NCBI GenBank assembly: GCA_001275005.1
Contig: JWZX01003323.1
Location: 1 to 48,992 of the forward strand
Direction: 5' to 3'
Length of the DNA stretch: 48,992 nt
Source: Chrysochromulina tobinii
Taxonomy: Eukaryota
The notes under the pieces are model-generated. The model saw only the letters and a list, made by a program, of their open reading frames with translations. It made no database searches and was not told the DNA's origin. Shown in pieces: positions 1-9,400 of the stretch. The position numbers and the translations under genes are program-made. Positions within the stretch are counted from its first letter, which is position 1. Each line of letters starts with the position of its first letter.

Positions 1-628
1 AATAAAAAATAAACCCTCCTAACCCTAACCCTAAACCCGCCGCGTAGCGCCGCACTACCTGTGGTTAGGCTCCCGCCTAACTCGTGGCTAGGCTCCCGCC
101 TAACTCGTGGTTCCGTACGTTTTTACTAACCCCAAAAATAATAAACCCTCCTAACCCTAACCCTAAACCCGCCGCGTAACGCCGCACTACCTGTGGTTAG
201 GCTCCCGCCTAACTCGTGGCTAGGCTCCCGCCTAACTCGTGGTTAGGCTCCCGCCTAACTCGTGGTTCCGTACGTTTTTACTAACCCCAAAATTATATAC
301 CCTCCTAACCCTAACCCTAACCCCGCCGCGTAGCGCCGCACTACCTGTGGTTAGGCTCCCGCCTAACTCGTGGCTAGGCTCCCGCCTAACTCGTGGTTCC
401 GTACATTTTTACTAACCAAATAAAAAATAAACCCTCCTAACCCTAACCCTAAACCCGCCGCGTAGCGCGCCGCACTACCTGTGGTTAGGCTCCCGCCTAT
501 AAACTCGTGGTTAGGCTCCCGCCTAACTCGTGGTTCCGTACGTTTTTACTAACCCCAAAAATAATAAACCCTCCTAACCCTAACCCTAAACCCGCCGCGT
601 AACGCCGCACTACCTGTGGTTAGGCTCC
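1..628 (+). repeat. Subtelomeric-type tandem satellite (132-154 bp unit) containing (CCCTAA)n and 23-bp hairpin subrepeats
   Basis: The anchor ACCCTCCTAACCCTAACCCTAA recurs at 13, 145, 299, 431 and 568 (spacings 132, 154, 132, 137). Each unit carries 2-3 copies of GTGGTTAGGCTCCCGCCTAACTC. The array runs off the left edge and stops abruptly at ~628. CCCTAA on + is left-telomere polarity. Confidence 0.95.
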
Positions 629-671
629 GAGACGGACCGTTGTAGGGGACTGCGATTCCCGATTATGGAAA

Positions 672-1680
672 TTGATCGCTTTCACCTGCAAGTGGGTGTG
701 TGGGTGCGCAAAACGCAATGCCGTCACCTTCGCTTGGGCATGGGCCAACGTGATCGGTTCCGTAAAGGTACACCTCTGCATCAGTGCTGCTTTGGACGCC
801 CTCCAAACCGCGGTCACGCCGGAGGTTCAGTGCTGGGCGGCAGATTTGTCGAAGGGCAAGGGCGGCTCAGAACCGAAGCTCTGCGTTGTCACAACGCCAG
901 CAGACTTCATCGCAGCGTACCTGCGCGTGCCTTTCAAGCACGCGTACGAGGTTATCGATGATGTGCGCGGTTGCCATCCGTTCCTCGATCTGCCGATCTA
1001 CTCATCGGCCGAGTATGAGGCGACGTGCCGAGTGCTCTGCACAGCGGCCTCCAATGTGTTACGCTCGGTGGCAGGCCGGAACGGCGTCGCGACGAATGAG
1101 CAGCTGGTAGTCGACATCCTACTCCTCGATGTAAAACGACCATTCGGTAGCGCTGGGACGGGCAAATGTTCGAGGCGCGTCGTTGTGTGCCGGAGCAGGA
1201 GCCGGCGAGCCCACGTGAGCCACGTGAGCCACGTGAGCGGGGGGTCAGATGAGCCAGCCAGCCCACGTGAGCCACGTGAGCCCACGTGAGCCCCACGTGA
1301 GCCACGTGAGCCACGTGAGCCACGTGAGCCACGTGAGCAGGGGGTCAGATGAGCCAGCCAGCCCCAGGTGAGCCACGTGAGCCACGTGAGCAGGGGGGTG
1401 AGATGAGCCAGCCAGACCCAGGTGAGCCACGTGAGCCACGTGAGCAGGGGGGTGAGATGAGCCAGCCATCCCCAGGTGAGCCAGGTGAGCCACGTGAGCG
1501 GGGGGTCAGGTGAGCCCGAGCAGCGTGGGCCAGCTCGTCGTGCCTGACCACATGGGCTCCCCGACGAGGCCGAGGTGTAGATTTCGACGGCTGGCTCACG
1601 TGGGAATGCGACAGCCGGAGCCGCGCCGAGCACGTGGCGTTCGAGGCGATCGACACGTGCATCGTGTGGCTCACGTGAGG
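672..1680 (+). pseudogene. Degenerate PrimPol-like archaeo-eukaryotic primase (AEP) fragment
   Basis: ORF 672-1289 contains CWAADLSKGKGG..KLCVVTT..DFIAAY...KHAYEVIDDVRGCHPFLDLP...ILLLD...KCSRRVVV. This resembles PrimPol H.YEVI....C.LYFDLE and KFSRHLI, but the DxE and SxH catalytic motifs are altered. A possible motif III (AIDTCIVW) lies after the minisatellite at ~1646-1669. No ATG start is evident. Confidence 0.55.
1207..1517 (+). repeat. 9-bp GAGCCACGT minisatellite with higher-order GGGGGT(C/G)AGATGAGCCAGCCA blocks
   Basis: Runs of (GAGCCACGT)n are punctuated by four G-rich blocks (~1239, 1340, 1393, 1447) and a partial fifth (~1499). Inverted copies (GGCTCACGT) occur at ~1593, ~1668 and ~1744. 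Confidence 0.95.
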
Positions 1681-1798
1681 TTTTAAGGTGATTTTAGGTA
1701 GTTACACGTGCCGAGGTGTCGAACCACCTGAGCCAGGCGGCTTGGCTCACGTCAGAGTGGCCCATCTCTGAAGTAATAGCATTCTGAGAGAGAAGCGC

Positions 1799-2100
1799 TT
1801 ATCTACTGAGCCCTTTCTGAGACCCTTGCGGCTTTTGGCCAGCTCTTGGGTCTTGTTCCTTCCTTCTCGAGGGCATTGGCCTTTTGCTCTGCCTTCGCGA
1901 CGAGGGCACCAGACTGCTGGTCGCGTCTGCCGTGAGCGCCTTCGCCTTCGCCTCCGCTGCGCGGGTGAGCTCGGTGCTCTTGACCGTCGCCTCGTCGACT
2001 AGCTTGGCGGCCACCTTGAGCTGCTCATCCGCCGTGGCCTGCGCCTTGTTGGCGCGCTCCCGGGCCTGCGCCTCGGCTCCAGCGTCTGCTCGTTTGAGAG
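1799..2100 (-). pseudogene. Ala/Lys/Glu-rich coiled-coil gene fragment
   Basis: The frame reads AEAQARERANKAQATADEQLKVAAKLVDEATVKSTELTRAAEAKAKAL with high-GC3 codons. It has no own ATG and overlaps the 3' end of the DUF3405-like ORF in another frame. Confidence 0.35.
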
Positions 2101-3279
2101 CCGTTTGGCAAACGGTCGTGTCAGTTGGACCAGCCGTTTTGCAAACGTCAGATTCAAAGCTGCCAGGTTCCTGCACTCGTCCGATGCACACGTCGGATTC
2201 CACTTATATGCATGGAAGAGCATTGGTCTATCGAGCTTTTGCAGTTGAGCATCTTGCACACCGCCGGTGGCCCTGATGTACGAGGCCACCCATTCAGCTC
2301 GCGCATGTTGCACCTCACTGAGCGACGGGCGCGCTGCTGAAGGTCCTCGCAGATCCGCAATCAGAAGGGAGCCATTTTTGGTTCTTCTCGTCCCAGTGAA
2401 GAAGAGGTGCAACCGTTCGCGATCAAAGAGTGATCTCATAGTGCACCAGGCCTCCATCCCACAGACTGAAGGCGCACGCATCTCGCAGAACATACTCCCT
2501 TGCAGTTGCTTCGAGAAGCGGACCATGGATTGGAGAAGGCGTGGCGTGAGTCTGTAGATTTCAGTCACGCAACGATGCACATGGTCGGCATCGACGAGTC
2601 GCTCGTCGCGCTTATGCCGATGCGCCCAGTTGCGTGGAGCATACCCCGGATTGGGACAGAGCAAATCGTGTGTGTGGATCGGGCGGCCGTCAAGGGCATA
2701 GACATCTGTTCTGTTGGTCCTACTCACTAATCTGGTGGGGTTGGCAAGGTTCACCCCTCGTTCCCTGATGTCCACTGGTTCGTGGATTGCACTCCACGCC
2801 GAAAGGATGGTTGTCACGTTGCCCGTCCACACGACATCCCACTCCAGGAACCAGAAGAATTGGACATGTCGGAGTTTGCGGCCGATGCGACTATACCAGA
2901 GCAAGTACGGCGCGTCGCAGCTGTGCCAACACCATTGTGACTGCCCAACGTTCAGATGACCACGGCCGTCGAATACTGTTCAGAGATTCGAAAATGCCGG
3001 CAGCTCACGTGCCACTTCTTCTGCAGTGCTGCATGTCACATTCACAACGAGTGGCTCGGCTCTCTTCAGCAGGGTCGAGCATGGTTCCGATTGGCCACAC
3101 GAGGACAATACCACATGGTGCTCTGCAAAGGATGAACGCAAAATCTGTTCGCGGGCACGCAGCAGCATGGGCTTCATCACGAGCGTATGCGTCCACTGCA
3201 CGATTGCAAGAGCCGCCGTGCTAGACGGTGGTGACACCGTGGATGACCAAGGAATGCGTCCGATAAATGACTCGGGCAT
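1999..3279 (-). pseudogene. DUF3405-like / glycosyltransferase-like protein interrupted by one in-frame TGA (2980-2982)
   Basis: ORFs 2980-3306 and 1999-2904 are in the same frame. Read-through gives ..ELPAFSNL*TVFDGRGHLNVGQSQWCWHSCDAPYLLWY..FFWFLEWDVVWTG, and FW..EWDV.WTG resembles DUF3405. The first ATG (MPESF) is at 3279. Confidence 0.55.
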
Positions 3280-3820
3280 TGTGCGTGTGCTGTAGGTGGG
3301 TCGCAAGAGATCCCAGAACGACCAAAGCCTCCCCGCTCAGGCAGGCGAAGGGGGACAGCAATGGCGATCCACGCTCGCCTTCGCCGCCGCCACCTTCGCC
3401 GCCGCCCCACTACGCGACATCCGAATCGAAGCCGCGCGGCGCGCGCCTTGCGACCGTCCCGAATTAGTCAAGTCGTGGGTCCCGGCCGCCGACTTCCGGA
3501 AAAAAGACTCCGGGGAGTAAACTTGGTCGCGTAGGTTGGTGATTGCAGGTTCATCAAACTACACAAAGGCAGCCTGGTGAGCGCCTTCACGTTGAGTTCA
3601 CAGCTGCGTAACTTTGGGCGTCACGCAGCAGTCGGTACCCTGTGGTGTTTCAACTTTCAACAGCGTCCTGGGAAAGTATACATAAGGGGACTCAAATCAG
3701 CAGGCTCCTCTCTGAAGGTGCTCGGCTTCGTCGTGCTTTCACCAAGCGGAGTGAGAAAGATCTCGAGGGACATGTAAAAGAAAACCAAGTGTCGCTGCCG
3801 GCTGTTCACAGTCCGATCAG

Positions 3821-4975
3821 ATGCTTGCAATGCGCAGCAGGAGCGCACTGACGCTCGCGCTGCTGAGCGCCGTTGCTTGCCATGGCCGCCACTGCGGCGA
3901 GGCGGAGATCAAGGCAAAGGAAATCCACGGCTGCGTGTCGCTCAAGCACGTGCGGTACATGGGCCACCGCGAGGCGATCTGGCTTGGCCATGCGCTGCAC
4001 CACAATGCGCACCTCAAGGTGCTCGACCTACACGACACGAAGTTGGGCGATGACGACGCGATCGCGCTTGCCAACGGCCTGCGCAACAACTCTCATCTCA
4101 AACGGCTGCACATGCACAACAACCGCATCTACGACCGGGGCACGGCCGCTCTCGGCAGGGCACTCCTCGAGAACAACTGCCTCGAGTTCCTATCGCTCGG
4201 TTCGAACGGCGTCGGCGATGAGGGCGCCAAGGGGCTTGCCGAAGGCCTGCGCGGCAACAGCATGCTCCGCCGGCTCGACTTGTACCTCAACCTCATAGGC
4301 GACGAGGGCGCCGCCGCGCTCGCCGACGCGCTCAAGCTGAACAAGGGCCTGCGGATGTTGCACTTGGACACGAATCGGATCGAGGAGGCGGGTGGGCTCG
4401 CGCTGGCCGAGGCGGTGCGTGGCACGCCCGCGGGGCTCCTCGGCGGTCGCGGCGCGCCGCCCTCGTTGCTAGGGGAGCTCGGACTGATGTACAACCCTCT
4501 CGGGAGCCTCGCTGTCGAGGCGTTGATCGCCGCGGCCAAGGCGAACCCCACGATCCATGCGCTTGGGCTGGACCACGCAAGCGGCGTCAAGGGCGCGGCG
4601 GCGCACGCGCTCGAGCACGAGCACCAGCCACGCATGCATGATCGACACCGGCTTGCGCATTTCCTGGTCGAGCAGCGGCTCGTGATGAACGAGGGCTTCA
4701 GCGACGCGCAGCTGGGCCGCCCACTTGCCGATCGGAAGCGAGGGCACGGCGGCTGGCACAGCGCGGACGGGCCGCCGCTCGCGAGCCCTCTCGCGGCCGC
4801 GGTGCAGCAGCTGCGCGCGCACACACACGAGGGTCTCCTCGCACTGCGGCACACGAGCGAGGCGCAGTTGCGGGCCCACCAGGCCCTCACGACGCTGCCC
4901 GAGGCGCCCAGGGCGGCGCTCGTGCGTGCGGTGCTCGAGCGTGTGCAGCACGCGGTCCAAAAGGACGAGACGTAG
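3821..4975 (+). CDS. RI-like (NLRC3-type) leucine-rich repeat protein with N-terminal signal-peptide-like segment
   Basis: It has 28-aa LRRs (LxxLxLxxNxIGDEGAxALAxAL) and a hydrophobic N-terminus SALTLALLSAVAC. ATG is at 3821 or 3830. Intronless. Confidence 0.9.
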   Translation: MLAMRSRSALTLALLSAVACHGRHCGEAEIKAKEIHGCVSLKHVRYMGHREAIWLGHALHHNAHLKVLDLHDTKLGDDDAIALANGLRNNSHLKRLHMHNNRIYDRGTAALGRALLENNCLEFLSLGSNGVGDEGAKGLAEGLRGNSMLRRLDLYLNLIGDEGAAALADALKLNKGLRMLHLDTNRIEEAGGLALAEAVRGTPAGLLGGRGAPPSLLGELGLMYNPLGSLAVEALIAAAKANPTIHALGLDHASGVKGAAAHALEHEHQPRMHDRHRLAHFLVEQRLVMNEGFSDAQLGRPLADRKRGHGGWHSADGPPLASPLAAAVQQLRAHTHEGLLALRHTSEAQLRAHQALTTLPEAPRAALVRAVLERVQHAVQKDET

Positions 4976-5097
4976 CAGAGCCCTACCATTCCATTCACAA
5001 ATCACGGTTGTCGCGTCCGTCGTGTTAACGTTCACAGCATTCAGCTAACTTCGCCGGGATAAACATGCGCTGAAGCCACGTGCGCGTCTTCCAAGCG

Positions 5098-6144
5098 ATG
5101 CAGACTGCACCCAGTACATGTACCGTTCACCTCCTCTGTTTTCCGCAGTGGCAAGGCAGCGAGAACCCCAGGCACTTCGCGGGCGGCAAATTCGCCGCGG
5201 AAACTGTCGAACGTCGCCTCCGCGCCACCGCCAGTTCCACCGCCACGGTAATCCAGTGCTCGGATGTCAGTGTCATGGAAGAGCAGCAGGCATCCACGCT
5301 TGTACAAGATGATGCCGATCTTGCCGCAGCCTCAACCAGAAGACCCTCAACAACGTTATGCACGCCATGCATCGACTCACCCAAGGTCCATCGCATCGAT
5401 GCCATCATTCGGCAGGCGCAGTCAGCTCGGGAGCAGCTGCAGCTCGTCAGCGCCACGAGCATCTTCTGCTCAGGCGGCGATTGCGGCGTCGAGGTGCTGC
5501 CTGTATCGTACATCAATCAGCGGTGGCCTGGTGTCGTGGTGGTCTGGTTCGACGCGCATGCAGACCTCAACTCTCCATCGAGTTCGCCTTCGGGCCACTT
5601 TCACGGCATGCCCGTGCGCACTCTGCTGGGAGAGGGGCCTGCTGAATTCCATCCCCTCCTGCTATCGCCACCGCTGCAGCCTTCTCAGTTCATCTACGTG
5701 GGTGCTCGAGACCTCGACGCACCGGAGAGTGCGTACATCGATGCGCATGGCATGCCGCTACTCGCAGCCCACCCAGAGGCGACCTTGAGCAGCAGGCTGG
5801 AGCTCGCCCTCCACGGTGCCCGCGTAGCATACATACACGTCGACCTGGACGTGCTCGACCCGTCCGCATTCCCGCACACGTGCTGCCCCACTCAAGGAGG
5901 CCTCTCCCTGAACGCGCTGCTGGACGCGGTCGCGACGGTTGGCCGTTCGGTGGGCGTCGTGGGCTGTGGCCTCACCGAGTGCTGTGGAGACCCTTCGAGC
6001 CATGCCTTTGCCCTCGGTGCCGTCGTGGACGCTTTGGTTCACGTTCTCATCGCTCCCTTGGGCACCGAGGCTGTGGGAAGACCTGCCTCACACGAGGCTG
6101 TGGGAAGACCTGCCTCGCACGAACTTCTGCCCCGCGAACCTTAA
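5098..6144 (+). CDS. Arginase/ureohydrolase family protein (GGDC subtype)
   Basis: Motifs WFDAHADLN, SGHFHGMP, VGARDLD and YIHVDLDVLDP are present. The N-terminus has FPQWQG, and GGDC replaces GGDH. First ATG is at 5098. Confidence 0.9.
   Translation: MQTAPSTCTVHLLCFPQWQGSENPRHFAGGKFAAETVERRLRATASSTATVIQCSDVSVMEEQQASTLVQDDADLAAASTRRPSTTLCTPCIDSPKVHRIDAIIRQAQSAREQLQLVSATSIFCSGGDCGVEVLPVSYINQRWPGVVVVWFDAHADLNSPSSSPSGHFHGMPVRTLLGEGPAEFHPLLLSPPLQPSQFIYVGARDLDAPESAYIDAHGMPLLAAHPEATLSSRLELALHGARVAYIHVDLDVLDPSAFPHTCCPTQGGLSLNALLDAVATVGRSVGVVGCGLTECCGDPSSHAFALGAVVDALVHVLIAPLGTEAVGRPASHEAVGRPASHELLPREP
6067..6120 (+). repeat. 27-bp tandem duplication in arginase C-terminus (EAVGRPASH x2)
   Basis: GAGGCTGTGGGAAGACCTGCCTC(A/G)CAC occurs twice. 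Confidence 0.9.
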
Positions 6145-6485
6145 ATAAGTAAGTAAGTAAAACACGCCAAGTGGCAGCGTACACGTGGCGAGGGGGGTAC
6201 CCAGGCATAGCGAACCTGGCGTGCCGTTCGAGAAAGAGCCGCGGACCCGGCACCCGCGCGGGCCGCCCAGGACTAAGAAGATTTTATTCGAAGAATTTCG
6301 TTTAAGTGATTTAACTTTTAAGCTCCGGCGGACCGGGCGCGAGGTGTGTATGCACGGCAGGTGACCCGAGACGGTCGGGTCGCGTCGGCCGCAACGACAT
6401 ATTACATACCCCCGGTCTCGTAAGTTTCTTACAATGTTCTTACACGTTACGACTCGTTGACGTTGTTGAGACACGTCAAGGACCG

Positions 6486-9400
6486 TCAACAAGCGCCACC
6501 TCTGGCACGGCGTTCTTCGTCCTCTCGTATGAGGCGCTCCTCCTCGTCGTCGTCGTCCTTGTCCACCACCTTGCTCGCTCGCCTGACGCCGCAGGCCCGC
6601 AGCGCCGCGCGGAGCACGCGAAGATCGTCGGCGCTCTCGCCCGCCTCGCGCCGTTGCCGGTACGTCTTCGCGATCTCAATCCACTCCGCCTTGGTCGGGT
6701 TCTCTTGCCAGTCGGGCGGCCGGGGCGGCGCGCCTGCCATGATGAACTCGTACGCGGGCGAGCCCGGAAGCACGGGCGCCAACCCAAAGCCACGGAGTGG
6801 GTGGACTTCGAGTTTCGTCGACTCGAGCATGCGGACGGCGCGGTCGATCTCCGTCTGGAGATCCGCGCCGTCGGGGCTGCCTTCGAGCACGACTCCCTTA
6901 TATGGGTTGGCCTCCGGGTCGAACGGGTCGAAGTCGTCGACAAACTTACCCGCCGCTGCGGCTGCGGCCGCGGCCGCGGCCTTCACCCGCCGGTATGGCA
7001 GGTAGTTCATGAATTCAAGGATGTCGGGCGGCTCGGCGGCTCTCCCTTCCAAGATAGCGAGCACCTCGTCCTCGTCCTCGCCCCCCTCGTCGGCCGGAGC
7101 GGCCGGAGCGGCCGCGGCCGGAGCCGCCGCCGCCGCCTCCGCCGCCGCCTCCTGGGCCTCGAGCAAGCGGCCCTGCAGGTCCTGCTTCTTTCCGGCAGTG
7201 CTCAGCCCGCGTGCGGAGAGTGCCTCTTTGAGTTCCGTCACCTTCATCTCGAGCACCTGCGCGCGTTCGAGAGGGGGCTCGAGGCCGGCACCGGCAGCGG
7301 GTGCGCCGCCCGCGCCGCCGCCCGCGCCGCCGCCCGCGCCAGTGGCGGTGCCAGTGGCGGTGCCAGTGGCGGTGCCAGTGGCGGCGCCAGTGTCCGAGCG
7401 GTGGTTAGGCACTGGTGGCGCATCTGATACCCATTTGGGTCCCTTGGGGCTGTTGATCTTCTTCTTGAGGACCTCCCCAAAGGCGGCGAGATCGTCCTCG
7501 CTGTACGCATGCTCCTTCCAGAACGCTTGATCTTCGGCCGATAGGTTGCTCATGCCCGCGACCCCCATTCCGGGGTGCCACGTCGGCGGCGGCCGGTTGG
7601 CGAAGTCGCGCACCACGATGCCAAAGTCGATGTCCTCGTACCCGTCCACCGTCACCGACGTCCATCCCTCCGCAGGTAGACCTTCGGCTGTGAATCGCTC
7701 GTCCTCTTCATAGCTGCTCTCAGCGGGCGCCGTCGCGGGCGCCGTCGCGGGCGCCGTCGCGGGCGCGGTGCGGGCGCCGTTGCGGGCGCCATTGGAGGAC
7801 GTGTCCATGGCCTCCGTAGGCTCATCCTCGCCCTCGCCCACCGCCTCGGCCTCCATGGGCCCCGGCGCCCCTGGCTCCAAGTCTGCCTGAGCATCGGCGG
7901 CGGCGGCGGCGGCGGCCAGGCGCTTGGCACTGCCCTTGCTCCGCTTCGCCTTTTTGGCCAACCTGCCCTCCGGCGCCGTGGCCGTTGGCTCCGACATGGG
8001 CTGGTCTGCTGCCATCGGAGTAGCCTCGACCGCCTCATGCGGCTCCTCCGGTGCCTCCTCTTGTGCCTCCCCCACCACCCCCTCTTCCCCCATCGTCCCC
8101 TTCTCTTGGGCCTCGCGCGCCTCGCGCGCGTCCCGCATGCGCTCCAGCTTGCGCACGTGCTGCAGGATCTTCTTGCGTGCCTTCTCGGCCTCCTCCTCAC
8201 TCGGATACTTGCGCTGGAGCAGCGGCACCACCAACGCGATCGTCTCCTTGAGCGCCTTGACGGCCTCCGGCCCCTCCCGTTGTGCCTGCAGCCGGACAAG
8301 CCGGCGCAGCTCCGAGATGCGACCGGTACTCGCCGGCTGCAAGTGCGGTGGTGGCAGCAGGGTGAGCTTCATCATCTGCTCGTGCAGCACGGTCACCGGC
8401 GGTAGCAGGTGCGAAGGCACGTTCGCCATCTCCTTGAACCACTTGTCAAGGTTGCGCGCTTCCCACCCCGGCGCCATGTCGAGCGTGCTCTCATCCCTCT
8501 GGCCCGCTCGGGCCACGGCGGCAGCGGCGGCCGCCTGGGCGGCGGCGGTGGCAGGGTCGGTAGGGTCGAAGGCGAGCTCATCGAGCGCCTTCTTGAACTC
8601 GGTCTGGCCGAAGACGGTCTCAAGTCTCGAGCCGCCCGACATGGCGGCGAGGCTTGAGAGCTCAGAGCGCATGCTCGCGACGGCGCTGCGGCTGCTGCCG
8701 CCCGCCGCAGCGCCGGCCTCGACGGTCGCCGGCGCGGCCCCGTCCGCCCCTGCCGCTGCGTCGGCCTCGACCACGGCGCACAGCGGATGCAATTCGCCCT
8801 TCGCAGTGAGAGCGAGCGGTGTGCCCGCGTGCCCACTCGGTGCTGGGAGGAAGGCCACCGCCCGCGGCGGCGCGCTGCCTCCCAGCTGCCACACCCGCCG
8901 CGGCACTGAGCCGCTCACTACGACGCTCGCGGCGGCGGCGTCGGCGTCGGCGGCGGCGGCGGGTAGTCCGAGGAGCTCGGATGCGCCAAACTCGAGCACG
9001 GCGTACCGCCGCCCGGCCGCCGCCGCGCCCTCGCCTTCGGACGCGGCGCCGGCGTCGGCTGCAGGCGCGCCTGAAACCCGAGCGCCTGAAACCCGAGCGC
9101 CGCCGGGCCCGGCCGCGTCTGCCGAGGCGCCGGCGCGGGCGTCGGCGTTGGGTGCGGGTGTCTCGAGCGCCACGGCGACCAGCATCGCGTCCGACTGCGG
9201 GTCGGTCGCGGCGGACAGCACCGCCGTGGCCGCATGCATCCATGCCAGTGAGCCGGACAGGAGATGCCAACAGAGCACCACCTGGCTAGAATGTGCGAGC
9301 AGCGCGCCGCCCTCGCCGGGGAAGCCGACGTAGCACAGCTCATCCGTGGGCGATGCGAGCGGCTGGCAGAGCGAATGCAACAGCTCGTTCGTCAGCGGGT

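Noticed and set aside
1..628. CRISPR array (23-bp palindromic repeats)
   Set aside because: Repeats are directly adjacent or separated by near-identical sequence rather than unique spacers. There are no cas genes and the context is eukaryotic.
952..1674. ORFs with AHV/WLT/SRG repeats
   Set aside because: They are translations of the 9-bp minisatellite, which is stop-free on the minus strand.
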